From an uncultured Aquificales bacterium (GTDB lineage: Bacteria; Thermosulfidibacterota; Thermosulfidibacteria; Thermosulfidibacterales; Thermosulfidibacteraceae), in NCBI GenBank assembly GCA_964453345.1, contig CAYVOC010000043.1:1-11898 (forward strand): a DNA stretch of 11,898 nt, written 5' to 3'. This document shows positions 1 to 8,975 of this stretch, one piece after another (within the stretch, counting starts at the first letter, position 1; each line of letters begins with the position of its first letter). Both the position numbers and the translations under genes were made by a program. The notes beneath the pieces are model-generated. The model did not search any database and was not told the origin of the DNA. It saw only the letters and a list, made by a program, of their open reading frames with translations.

Positions 1-903
1 AAAGGGACACAGGCGTCCCTGATAGGTGTCAAGCTCCTCCATCCTCTGCTCTATCCTTCTGAGAACATCCCGCTTCCTCAGGCACCAGGAGGGGGCCACG
101 AGCCTCTCAGCGGGGGCTTCCCCAACAAGCCTGTGTATCACAATATCGCTCTTCAGATGCTCCAAAAATTTCACGCACACATCCACATACTCATCAAGCT
201 CAAAGAGCCTCACCTCACCCCTTACATACATCTCCTCAAGGGGCGTATCCTTGAGAACGTGCAGATGATGTATCTTCACCCCATCAACCCCGACGGCTGA
301 TAGAAAGCAGGCCGTCTCCATCATATCCTCAAGATCCTCCGTGGGCAGCCCCAGTATCACATGGGCGCACACCCTTATACCCCTTTTTTTAGACCTCAAA
401 AGGGCATCGAGAAAGTGGGAAACACCGTGCCTTCTGTTCATCCACCTGAGGCTCTTGTAGTGGGAGGACTGAAGACCAAGCTCCAGCCACACCTCATAAT
501 CCCTGCTGAACTTCTCAAGCAGATCCAGCACATCCTCCGGAACGAGATCGGGCCTTGTGCCCACGATGATCCCCACAATTGAATCGCTTATAAGCGCTCT
601 TTTATAGAGCCTTTCAAGCTGGTCAACGGGGGCGTAGGTCGAGGAGTAGGCCTGAAAGTAAACCATAAAAAGCTCCGCCTTGTAGCGCCTCTTCGCGAAC
701 TCCATCCATCTTTTTACCTGCTCCTCTATAGGCAGGGTGTGGGGCATAACACCGGAGGCAAACCTATCACAAAAGATGCACCCTCCATCACCGAGCCTGT
801 TCTCCCTGTGGGGACAGCCCAAACCAAGGTTTACGGGAATCCTGTGGACCCTTACACCGTATCTGCTTCTGAGATACCTGTTGAAGGAATAATACCTATC
901 CAT
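1..903 (-). CDS. TIGR01212/YhcC-family radical SAM protein (3' end runs off the window; not in the ORF track)
   Basis: Manual translation from ATG at 903: [51 protein letters not shown]... It carries the CX11CX2C cluster motif, then [45 protein letters not shown] and ends ...[10 protein letters not shown] at base 1. The frame is open for 301 codons. The start overlaps the speB stop (ATGGATAG). Confidence 0.9.
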   Translation of the reverse strand, partial: MDRYYSFNRYLRSRYGVRVHRIPVNLGLGCPHRENRLGDGGCIFCDRFASGVMPHTLPIEEQVKRWMEFAKRRYKAELFMVYFQAYSSTYAPVDQLERLYKRALISDSIVGIIVGTRPDLVPEDVLDLLEKFSRDYEVWLELGLQSSHYKSLRWMNRRHGVSHFLDALLRSKKRGIRVCAHVILGLPTEDLEDMMETACFLSAVGVDGVKIHHLHVLKDTPLEEMYVRGEVRLFELDEYVDVCVKFLEHLKSDIVIHRLVGEAPAERLVAPSWCLRKRDVLRRIEQRMEELDTYQGRLCPF

Positions 904-1720
904 GCAGCAGTATGGCCAGCTCCCTCACCAAGGATGCCCCGACCACCGCCGAGTTCCCCGTGGGATCAACAATGGGACAGAGCTCCACCAGATCACCACC
1001 CACAAGCCTCAGCCCCCTCAACCCCACGAGAAAGTCCACAAGCTCCCTGTAAGAAACGCCTCCGGGCTCAGGCGTTCCAAGGCCAGGACAGTATGCAGGA
1101 TCAAGAACGTCTATATCGAGGGTGAGATACACTGGCCTGTCTCCCAAAAGCCGCTTGAGATCACCCGGATCGGGAAGGGCAAAGGGATGAAAGAAGAGAA
1201 AGTTTTCTTTGGAATACTCAAACTCCTGCCTGAGGCCCGATCTGACTCCCAGCTGACACACATCCAGTCCAAGCTCGGCAACCCTCCTCATCACCGTGGC
1301 ATGGGATAGCCTTTCCCCGAGGTATGTATCCCTCGTGTCCGTGTGGGCATCTATGTGGACGACGGCAAGATCCCTTCCGTAAAATTCAGCATGGGCCTCA
1401 ACCAGAGGCAGGGTAGCAAGGTGCTCCCCCCCGATGGCCAAAAGCCTCATTCCCTTACTTATCACCTCAGCAGCCCTCTCCCTTATCAGCCTCAGGGATC
1501 CCGCAAGATTGCCCAAGGGAAGCTCCACATCCCCCAGATCCGCCACGGACAGCTCCTCAAGATCGGCGTCCATATAGGGGCTGTAGGTTTCTATGCCGTC
1601 CGAGGCCTTTCTTATTTCAATAGGCGCAAACCTGGTTCCCGGCCTGAAGCTCACCGTGGCCTCAAGGGGAACCCCCAGTATCGCCACTTTCCCCTGATCC
1701 TTCGTCCCCAGAAACCTCAT
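896..1720 (-). CDS. speB: Agmatinase (ureohydrolase family)
   Basis: Ureohydrolase motifs [28 protein letters not shown] and TPEPGG; 274 aa. Confidence 0.9.
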   Translation of the reverse strand: MRFLGTKDQGKVAILGVPLEATVSFRPGTRFAPIEIRKASDGIETYSPYMDADLEELSVADLGDVELPLGNLAGSLRLIRERAAEVISKGMRLLAIGGEHLATLPLVEAHAEFYGRDLAVVHIDAHTDTRDTYLGERLSHATVMRRVAELGLDVCQLGVRSGLRQEFEYSKENFLFFHPFALPDPGDLKRLLGDRPVYLTLDIDVLDPAYCPGLGTPEPGGVSYRELVDFLVGLRGLRLVGGDLVELCPIVDPTGNSAVVGASLVRELAILLHG

Positions 1721-2939
1721 CTCTCTCCACCCTTATCCTTCTTATTCTCCTTTTCACCGTATCCACCACCGTAAAGCGCCACCCCTTGTATTCCACACTC
1801 TCCCCGCACTTGGGGACCCTCCCGAACAGATGCAGAACAAATCCCCCTGCCGTCTCAACGCCTATATCATCCGGGCACTCCACATTCAAAAGGGAACAAA
1901 GCTCCTCCACCGGACAGAGGGCGTCAACTATGTATCCATCGCCGTCCCTCTGTATGAGCACCCTTTCCCGATCATACTCGTCCCATATCTCCCCAACCAG
2001 CTCCTCAAGTATATCCTCGAGGGTGACAAGCCCCTCAAGGGCGCCGTATTCGTTTATCACCATGGCCATATCGATGCCCTTCGTCTGAAACTCCCTCAAC
2101 AACTCCTGAACGGGCTTGGTCTCCGGGACAAAATAGCAGGGTCTTATAAGACTCTTAAGATCCGCCCGCTTCAGCCCCTTAAAAACGGGAAGCAGATCCG
2201 TTATCTTTATGTAGCCTATCACGTTATCCCTTTCCTTCTCATAAACCGGCACCTTTGAGAATCTCTCCTGCAGGATTCTTCTTTTAAGCTCCTCCCACGA
2301 AGTGTTGATCTCAACCATGAAAACATCCGGCTCCGGAACCATGATCTCCTTCACCTGAAGCTCAGTGAACCTGAAGACCCTGTATATCATCCTCCTCTCC
2401 CTCTCCTCCAGAAGCCCCCGGCTCTTCGCCTCATCCACCAGAACCTTGAAGTCCGCCTCCTTTATGCACGCCTCTTCACTCCCCACGATTCTTGTAACCG
2501 CATTTGCCACCGACTCCAGCAGAATCCTCAGAGGGGCAAGGAGGAAGGAGAAGAGCATTATAAAGGGGGCGCTGAGCCTCGCCCAGATCACGTTGTTCTT
2601 GACCGCCACAACCTTTGGAACAAACTCCCCGTAGATGAGCAGAAACAGCGTGGTCACAAAGACAGAGGCTCCAACCCAGCGCTCACCAAAAACATCCATA
2701 AAAATTGAGGCGGATATGGAGGATATGGCCACATTGACCACCTCATTACCCAGAAGAACCGTGCTGAGTATCCTCTCCTTCCTCTCCAGAAGCTTGGCCA
2801 CAACACCAGAGAATAACCCGCCCTCCCTTGCAATTCTCCTTGCGGTAACATCGTCTATGGAGAAGAAGGCGGTTTCGGATCCCGAAAAAAAGGCGGAAAG
2901 GTTGAACAGGATAAAGAGCAAAACAAACCTACCCAACAA
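1662..2939 (-). CDS. Hemolysin-like/CNNM family protein (DUF21 membrane domain + CBS pair + CorC/HlyC domain), probable Mg2+/Co2+ transport
   Basis: [32 protein letters not shown]...[51 protein letters not shown] start with GGAGGG upstream. Confidence 0.92.
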   Translation of the reverse strand: MLGRFVLLFILFNLSAFFSGSETAFFSIDDVTARRIAREGGLFSGVVAKLLERKERILSTVLLGNEVVNVAISSISASIFMDVFGERWVGASVFVTTLFLLIYGEFVPKVVAVKNNVIWARLSAPFIMLFSFLLAPLRILLESVANAVTRIVGSEEACIKEADFKVLVDEAKSRGLLEERERRMIYRVFRFTELQVKEIMVPEPDVFMVEINTSWEELKRRILQERFSKVPVYEKERDNVIGYIKITDLLPVFKGLKRADLKSLIRPCYFVPETKPVQELLREFQTKGIDMAMVINEYGALEGLVTLEDILEELVGEIWDEYDRERVLIQRDGDGYIVDALCPVEELCSLLNVECPDDIGVETAGGFVLHLFGRVPKCGESVEYKGWRFTVVDTVKRRIRRIRVERDEVSGDEGSGESGDTGGSP

Positions 2940-4263
2940 TGATCTCGCCCTCCGGGTATCTTATCCTCTCCCTCTCGGAATCGGTGGCCATGGCGACCAC
3001 CGCCGTCAGGGGTCCCACCCTCCCCACAAGCATTATAAAGGAAATAAGCAACTTGGATACGGTGTGAAGCGTTGGGGTGATCCCCGTGCTCAGCCCAACC
3101 GTTCCGAAGGCGGACACAACCTCAAAGGCGACCTTTATAATGGGTTTATTCTCCACTATGGCCACCACAAAGGTGCCCCACAGGACAAACAGCAGGGCCA
3201 GAAAACCTATGGCAACGGATTTTTTCACCACATCCTCTGAAAACCTCTTTTTGAATATCACCGCGTCTCTTTTGTTTCTTGCGGTTGCAAACACGCTTAA
3301 AGTCACAACCAGAAAGGTTGTGGTCTTTATACCGCCTCCCGTTCCGCCCGGGGACGCCCCTATGAACATGAGAACTATCAAGAGGAACCAGGTTACCTCG
3401 TGCATCTTCGATATATCAACGGTATTGAACCCGGCCGTTCTCGGCGTCACGGACTGAAACAGAGAGGCCAGAATCTTTCCCTTAAGCCCTAAGTGAGAGA
3501 GGGCGTTATTCCACTCAAGAAGCCCGATCCAAAAGGCGCCGGCCACTATCAGTATAACCGTCATCAAGAAAACCACCTTGGTATGGAAGGAAAGGGCGGC
3601 CCTCTCCCCCCTCCTTCTGGCAATAAAATACCTGTATAAATCATAAAGGACGGGAAAGCCTATGCCGCCGGTTACTATGAGAAAGCAGACGGTGAGATTG
3701 ACCACCACCGATGAAGCAAAGCCGCTCAAGCTATCCCTGTATAGGGAAAAGCCCGCATTGCAGAAGGCCGATATGGAGTGAAAAAGGGCCGAATATACAG
3801 CCTTGGACGGGGGAATACCTGCGCCGACAAACCCCCAGAAGAGGAAAAGGGCGCCGAGAAGCTCTATAACAAAGGTGAAAAGAAAGATGTGGACGATGAG
3901 GGAACGCAGGTTCTCCATGTTGTAAAAGTTCAAGGCATCCTGAAGGATGAGTCTGCCCCTCAAGGACATCCGCAATCCGAAGGCCACGGCAAAAAAGGCG
4001 GACATGGTCATTATGCCGAGACCGCCTGCCTGAATCAGGGCAAGCACAACCATCTGCCCGAAGCGTGTCAAAAAGCTGCCGGTGTCAACAACGATGAGTC
4101 CCGTAACGCACGTTGCAGACGTTGCGGTAAAGAGCGCATCAACGAAGGGCAATCCCCTTCCGTCCACCGTGGCCGCCGGAAGCATCAAAAGAAATGTTCC
4201 CACAAGAATAGCGGCGACGAAACTTCCGACGATTATCCGGGCAGGAGATAGTTTACCTTCCAT
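2929..4263 (-). CDS. ktrB: KtrB/TrkH-family potassium uptake membrane subunit
   Basis: Four pore-loop Gly motifs (TCVTGL, FCNAGF, PRTAGF, FGTVGLS), plus [23 protein letters not shown] and the C-terminal YPEGEIIVG. Confidence 0.9.
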   Translation of the reverse strand: MEGKLSPARIIVGSFVAAILVGTFLLMLPAATVDGRGLPFVDALFTATSATCVTGLIVVDTGSFLTRFGQMVVLALIQAGGLGIMTMSAFFAVAFGLRMSLRGRLILQDALNFYNMENLRSLIVHIFLFTFVIELLGALFLFWGFVGAGIPPSKAVYSALFHSISAFCNAGFSLYRDSLSGFASSVVVNLTVCFLIVTGGIGFPVLYDLYRYFIARRRGERAALSFHTKVVFLMTVILIVAGAFWIGLLEWNNALSHLGLKGKILASLFQSVTPRTAGFNTVDISKMHEVTWFLLIVLMFIGASPGGTGGGIKTTTFLVVTLSVFATARNKRDAVIFKKRFSEDVVKKSVAIGFLALLFVLWGTFVVAIVENKPIIKVAFEVVSAFGTVGLSTGITPTLHTVSKLLISFIMLVGRVGPLTAVVAMATDSERERIRYPEGEIIVG

Positions 4264-4711
4264 CCTTCACAAGCTTTTTCAGCTCCTCCCAAAAATCGGA
4301 AATATCCTTGAACTGCCTGTATACGGAGGCGAACCGCACGTATGCCACTTCATCCACCTGCTTTATAAGCTCCATCACCTTCTCACCTATGATTCTGGAG
4401 GGGACCTCCTTCTCCCCGAGATTCAACAGGTATCTTTCCACCTCATCAGCGATCTCCTCCTGCTTCTCCACGCTAACCGGCCTCTTCTCAAAGGCCTTCC
4501 TGATTCCGGTCAAAAGCTTCTCCCTGCTGTAGGGTTCCCTTCTTCCGTCCTTCTTGACCACCATGGGCATGGTCTCATCTATCCTTTCAAAGGTGGTGAA
4601 GCGCCTGCCGCACACCACACATTCACGCCTGCGCCTTATGGAGAAACCGTCCTTTCCTGATCTCGTCTCCACAACCCTCGTCTCCCCGGACAGGCAAAAG
4701 GGGCACCTCAT
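4253..4711 (-). CDS. nrdR: Transcriptional repressor NrdR
   Basis: MRCPFC...[18 protein letters not shown] zinc ribbon, ATP cone VVKKDGRRE, and [15 protein letters not shown]. Confidence 0.97.
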   Translation of the reverse strand: MRCPFCLSGETRVVETRSGKDGFSIRRRRECVVCGRRFTTFERIDETMPMVVKKDGRREPYSREKLLTGIRKAFEKRPVSVEKQEEIADEVERYLLNLGEKEVPSRIIGEKVMELIKQVDEVAYVRFASVYRQFKDISDFWEELKKLVKDGR

Positions 4712-5178
4712 CCTCTCTTCACCTGTATCAGCTCTATGCCCGCCTCCTTCAGCATATCCGCGGAAAGCTCGTCGGGATAGCCCTCAAGATAGTATATTCT
4801 CTCAATCCCGGCATTTATGAGCATCTTGGTGCAGATTATGCAGGGAAAGGTGGTTGAGTAGAGCCACGCCCCCTTGACGCTCACCCCGTGAAGGGCCGCC
4901 TGTATTATGGCGTTCTGCTCCGCATGAAGCCCCCTGCACAGCTCGTGCCTCTCCCCCGATGGAACCCCAAGTTTCTCCCTCAAACAGCCCACCTGGGCGC
5001 AATGGGCTATGCCGCTGGGAGCGCCGTTGTATCCCGTGGCAAGTATCCTCCTGTCCTTAACAATAACAGCGCCCACCCTGCGCCTGAGGCAGGTGGACCT
5101 TGTGGCAACAAGGCGGGCTATCTCTATGAAATACTCATCCCAAGAGGGTCTGCCCTCACTCACATCAGGCCTCGCCAA
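4708..5178 (-). CDS. dCMP deaminase / ComEB-like cytidine deaminase family protein
   Basis: [30 protein letters not shown] and PCIIC zinc motifs. Start uncertain: TTG 5178 or GTG 5163. Confidence 0.92.
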   Translation of the reverse strand: MARPDVSEGRPSWDEYFIEIARLVATRSTCLRRRVGAVIVKDRRILATGYNGAPSGIAHCAQVGCLREKLGVPSGERHELCRGLHAEQNAIIQAALHGVSVKGAWLYSTTFPCIICTKMLINAGIERIYYLEGYPDELSADMLKEAGIELIQVKRG

Positions 5179-6436
5179 GCGCCTCCCTGTATTCCCTCAA
5201 AAGATCCGGATAGAGGGGATAGCGCTCACAGAGATCCCTCACCTTGGAGTAGACCTCCTTTCTAACCTCCGGCTTATCAACATTCTTCAGCACATAGGCT
5301 ATGAGATCCCCTATCTCCTCCATCTCGGCTTCCTTCATCCCCCTGGTGGTAAGAGCCGGAGTCCCTATGCGGATACCGCTGGTGACCGTGGGCTTCTCCG
5401 GATCAAAGGGGATCATGTTCTTATTCACGGTTATCCCGGCCTCCTCAAGGGCCTTCTCTGCAACATCCCCGGTTATCCCTATGGGCCTGAGATCCACCAG
5501 CATGAGGTGGTTGTCCGTGCCCCCGGAAACAATCCTCAAACCATGCTTGGCGAGTCTCTCAGCCAGCGTCTTGGCGTTTTTAACTATCTGCCTCTGATAC
5601 TCCTTAAACTCCTCCGAAAGCGCCTCCTTAAAGGCGACCGCCTTGGCGGCAATCACATGCATGAGGGGACCGCCCTGTATGCCCGGAAAGACCGTCTTAT
5701 CTATAACCTTCGCAAACTCGCTTCTGCACATGATCATACCACCCCTGGGTCCCCTGAGGGTCTTGTGGGTGGTGGTGGTCACAAACTCGCAGTGGGGAAC
5801 GGGAGAGGGATGAACCCCTGCAGCAACAAGCCCGGCTATGTGCGCAATATCGGCCATAACATAGGCGCCCACCCTATCCGCTATCCGCCTGAACCTCTCA
5901 AAGTCTATCACCCTGGGGTAAGCGCTTGCACCGACCACTATCAGCTTGGGCCTGTGCTCTACAGCAAGCTTCTCCACCTGATCGTAGTCTATGGTCTCGG
6001 TGTCCCTTCTGACGCCGTAAAAGACCACATTGTAAAGCTTGCCCGAAAAGTTGACCCTTGCACCGTGGGAAAGGTGCCCCCCGTGGGCAAGGTCCATGGC
6101 TAAGATGGTGTCTCCCGGGTTCAGCACCGCCATATAGACCGCCATGTTCGCCTGGGTTCCAGAGTGGGGCTGAACATTCACATGCTCCGCCCCGAAAAGC
6201 CTCTTCGCCCTCTCTATCGCAAGGTTCTCAGCCATATCAACGAACTGGCATCCCCCGTAGTAGCGCTTACCGGGATAGCCCTCGGCATACTTGTTGGTCA
6301 TAACGCAGCCCTGGGCCTCCATAACCGCAGGGCTTGCGAAGTTCTCGCTGGCTATCATCTCAAGCTTATAGGCCTGCCTTTCAATCTCACCGAGTATGGC
6401 CCTCGCTATCTCAGGATCCACATCCCATAGCCTCAT
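5165..6436 (-). CDS. glyA: Serine hydroxymethyltransferase
   Basis: [38 protein letters not shown]-lysine motif [28 protein letters not shown]. Confidence 0.98.
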   Translation of the reverse strand: MRLWDVDPEIARAILGEIERQAYKLEMIASENFASPAVMEAQGCVMTNKYAEGYPGKRYYGGCQFVDMAENLAIERAKRLFGAEHVNVQPHSGTQANMAVYMAVLNPGDTILAMDLAHGGHLSHGARVNFSGKLYNVVFYGVRRDTETIDYDQVEKLAVEHRPKLIVVGASAYPRVIDFERFRRIADRVGAYVMADIAHIAGLVAAGVHPSPVPHCEFVTTTTHKTLRGPRGGMIMCRSEFAKVIDKTVFPGIQGGPLMHVIAAKAVAFKEALSEEFKEYQRQIVKNAKTLAERLAKHGLRIVSGGTDNHLMLVDLRPIGITGDVAEKALEEAGITVNKNMIPFDPEKPTVTSGIRIGTPALTTRGMKEAEMEEIGDLIAYVLKNVDKPEVRKEVYSKVRDLCERYPLYPDLLREYREALGEA

Positions 6437-6891
6437 CTTCCCCCTCCAAGAATCTCCTTTTCTATCTCCTCAAGCTTACCCAGCCTTCTCTCGTGCCTTC
6501 CCCCCTCAAAGGGGGTCTCAAGCCACACCCTAACTATCTCGGCGGCCACACCCTCCCCAAGCACCCTGCCCCCAAGGGCAAGCACATTGGCGTCGTTGTG
6601 CAGCCTGCTCATTCTCGCCGTGTATTCATCATGGCACAGGGCGGCCCTCACCCCGGGAAACCTGTTGGCCACAATGCTCATACCTATCCCGGTGCCGCAG
6701 CACAGAATTCCCCTGTCCACCTCTCCAGAGGCAACCGCCCTTGCAACCTTGGCGGCGTAAAAGGGGTAGTCCACCGACTCTTCGGAATCGGTCCCAAAGT
6801 CCAGAACCTCAACCTCCATCTCCTCAAGCAAACGCCTCACAAACTCCTTGAGGCGATACCCACCGTGATCCGAAGCTATGGCGACCCTCAC
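6433..6891 (-). CDS. rpiB: Ribose 5-phosphate isomerase B
   Basis: [46 protein letters not shown] start overlaps the upstream TGA. Confidence 0.96.
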   Translation of the reverse strand: MRVAIASDHGGYRLKEFVRRLLEEMEVEVLDFGTDSEESVDYPFYAAKVARAVASGEVDRGILCCGTGIGMSIVANRFPGVRAALCHDEYTARMSRLHNDANVLALGGRVLGEGVAAEIVRVWLETPFEGGRHERRLGKLEEIEKEILGGGR

Positions 6892-7208
6892 AGCGCCTCC
6901 TCCCCTCTATCACCGGTCCTTATTCTAACCACATCAACCACATCAACAACATAGACATACTCGGTTGTGGCCCCCTCCTTCAGAACATCAACAAAAAGAT
7001 CCAGCACATCCTCCGCCATATCGTCCGTCACCACCACCTCAACCTTAAGCCTCGGGATAAAGCCGCCGGAAAAGCCAAGCTCTCTCAGAGGCCCATCCTC
7101 GTCAAACTTGACCTCTCCCACAGTTATGCCGCTCAGACCCATCTCCGAAAGCCTGTCCTTAAGCTCGTCAAGCTTAAAGGGCCTTATTATGGAAACCACC
7201 TTCTTCAC
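6888..7208 (-). CDS. Degenerate P-II (GlnB/GlnK-like) protein, 106 aa
   Basis: From GTG 7208: [34 protein letters not shown]...[11 protein letters not shown]...[13 protein letters not shown] aligns end to end with the 112-aa P-II, but the T-loop and B-loop motifs are replaced. The track's extension to 7262 has no P-II similarity. Confidence 0.85.
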   Translation of the reverse strand: MKKVVSIIRPFKLDELKDRLSEMGLSGITVGEVKFDEDGPLRELGFSGGFIPRLKVEVVVTDDMAEDVLDLFVDVLKEGATTEYVYVVDVVDVVRIRTGDRGEEAL

Positions 7209-7216
7209 GCTGGCAA

Positions 7217-7245
7217 GATTTAACAGAAAGCCGCCCAAAATGCAA
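7217..7245 (-). promoter_or_regulatory. Possible sigma70-type promoter for the P-II-like...radical SAM operon
   Basis: Minus strand reads TTGCAT-17 bp-TAAATC with a TGn extension, ending 8 nt before the GTG at 7208. The -10 match is weak. Confidence 0.25.
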
Positions 7246-7286
7246 AGAGTTGCACAGCGCAAGCTTTTAGGATTAAAAGGTATCCT

Positions 7287-7805
7287 GTGAAAGAACGCAT
7301 CCTTCTCATAGGCGGAAACGGAAGCGGCAAAACCAAGGCCGCCCTAAAAATGGGAAGCCATCTTCATCCGAGGCTGTATGTGGCAACCGGCACCGCCCTT
7401 GATGCAGAGATGAGAAGAAAAATAGATGTCCACAAAAGGGAGCGGCGCGGATGGGACACTCTTCAAAGCCCAACCTTAGACCCCAAACAGATAGAGTTCG
7501 CCCTCGCCAGCAAGAGCTACAGATGCGCCGTTGTGGACTGCGTATCCTTTCTCATCCACAACTGCATGGCAAAGGGCATGGACCCCCAGCTGCGGCTCCG
7601 TGAGGCCTTAGAAGCGATGGAACAGGTGGAGAGGCTCATCATCGTATCCAACGAGGTGGGATTATCCCTTGTGCCCACAAACAGCCTGGCAAGAAGATTC
7701 ACAAAGACCCTTTCCGAGATCAACCGGTATCTAACCGAAACTTGCAACAGAAGCTACTTGGTGGTTGCAGGAAAACTCATCAGCCTCAGTCAGGATCCGG
7801 AATAA
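7287..7805 (+). CDS. cobU: Bifunctional adenosylcobinamide kinase / adenosylcobinamide-phosphate guanylyltransferase (CobU/CobP), divergent
   Basis: P-loop [51 protein letters not shown]; 172 aa is the typical size. Confidence 0.88.
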   Translation: MKERILLIGGNGSGKTKAALKMGSHLHPRLYVATGTALDAEMRRKIDVHKRERRGWDTLQSPTLDPKQIEFALASKSYRCAVVDCVSFLIHNCMAKGMDPQLRLREALEAMEQVERLIIVSNEVGLSLVPTNSLARRFTKTLSEINRYLTETCNRSYLVVAGKLISLSQDPE

Positions 7806-8712
7806 CGTAGGGAAACTCCCTTACCACCCTGCGCCTCAATCCCAAGGCCCTCTTAAGCCTGAAAGCAGCCATGGCCCTTTTTATTCTCGGCCACGCCCTT
7901 TTGGCTGCAACATATCCTGCCTCAAAAAGCTCGTCCTTCGCCTCAAACTGGTTCCACAGATAGGATCCCACCTCCGGCTCAATGAGCACATCACACTCCT
8001 CGCGCCTCATCCAGCCGAGATAATACCGGGCTATATCGTCCGAACGGTAAACCACATCAAAGGCGTTACCCAGCCTTTCACAAAGCTCAAGGCTCTTGCT
8101 CACCCAGACCCCTATAACAAAATCCGCCCCCAGAACCCTTGCCGCAAAGGCGGGAACCACATCCACCCAGCCGCCGTCGGTAAGAAGCATATCGCCCCAC
8201 CTGATGGGCGGAAATATCCCGGGTATAGAGGCGCTTGCGGCAACCGCCTTAATTATGGAACCCCTCGCAAGGATCACCTCCCTGCCCGACAGCAGATCCG
8301 CGGCAACCGCAGCGAAGGTGATCCTCGTCTCCTCTATCAAGGTGTCATGGGGAATAAACTCCCCAAGGGCAGTAAAAAAGGCCCTTTCGGAAACAAGGGA
8401 TGTGGTCGCCATGGCCTTGGACAGGGCTATGCCCTTGCTGATCAGGCGCATGAACTCCTGAAAGGGGTTGCTTTCCCTTTCGGAAAACTCCGAACTCGCC
8501 CTTTTAAAGGACTCGCTCTCAAGGGACCTGTGCAGATCCTCCCACAGCACCTTCCACGAGGGGACCTGGGCGTATCTGGCGCCCACAATGGCGCCTATGG
8601 AGGTGCCGCAGATGATACTGGGCCTGAACCCCACCTCCTCAAAGAACTTCAGCACACCGATGTGGGCTATGCCCCTTGCCCCTCCCCCACCAAGAGCAAG
8701 GGCAACCCTCAT
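7786..8712 (-). CDS. Patatin-like phospholipase (RssA/NTE-like)
   Basis: LALGGGGARGIAHIGVL oxyanion motif, GTSIG nucleophile, ASASIPGIFPP and LTDGG catalytic Asp are all intact. Confidence 0.93.
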   Translation of the reverse strand: MRVALALGGGGARGIAHIGVLKFFEEVGFRPSIICGTSIGAIVGARYAQVPSWKVLWEDLHRSLESESFKRASSEFSERESNPFQEFMRLISKGIALSKAMATTSLVSERAFFTALGEFIPHDTLIEETRITFAAVAADLLSGREVILARGSIIKAVAASASIPGIFPPIRWGDMLLTDGGWVDVVPAFAARVLGADFVIGVWVSKSLELCERLGNAFDVVYRSDDIARYYLGWMRREECDVLIEPEVGSYLWNQFEAKDELFEAGYVAAKRAWPRIKRAMAAFRLKRALGLRRRVVREFPYVIPDPD

Positions 8713-8975
8713 CTTCCTCCCCAGAGCAGATCCCTGAACCTATCCCTAACCCTCTCCTCGGGGTAGGCCCTCTTCACCTCATCCTCGGTAAATCTGAAGG
8801 GATAATTCTCCATAAAATCGATCAGGGTCCTATAGGCAAGAGAGATCTCATCAATGCGATCCCTGTTCTCCTTAACCCTCTTGCGATACAGATCCTTAAG
8901 GCGCCTTATGCTAACAGGGGGCGTTATCCCCAGAACCTCAAGGGCCCTTTCAATCTCCTCCCGCAAGCCTCGCAA
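8709..8975 (-). CDS. Small J-domain-like protein lacking the HPD motif
   Basis: ALEVLGI..PVSIRRLKDLYRKRVKE...IDEISLAYRTL matches the J-domain helix I-II-III pattern, followed by ENYPFRFTEDEV. No HPD. TTG start; stop forms an ATGA overlap with patatin. Confidence 0.65.
   Translation of the reverse strand: MRGLREEIERALEVLGITPPVSIRRLKDLYRKRVKENRDRIDEISLAYRTLIDFMENYPFRFTEDEVKRAYPEERVRDRFRDLLWGGR

Noticed and set aside
26-4820. Many short plus-strand ORFs in the track
   Set aside because: All lie opposite well-supported minus-strand genes, including the radical SAM gene at 1-903.
5009-6103. 364-aa plus-strand ORF
   Set aside because: Antisense shadow of glyA and the deaminase; no recognisable motifs.
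7211-7225. TGGCAA as a sigma54 -24 element near the P-II-like gene
   Set aside because: No TTGC at the -12 position, and it points away from the P-II-like gene.
7209-7262. 18-aa N-terminal extension of the P-II-like ORF ([18 protein letters not shown]), resembling a signal peptide
   Set aside because: P-II similarity begins exactly at GTG 7208, and the extension occupies the only available promoter space.
7765-8766. 333-aa plus-strand ORF
   Set aside because: Antisense shadow of the patatin gene; Pro/His-rich composition typical of a non-coding frame.
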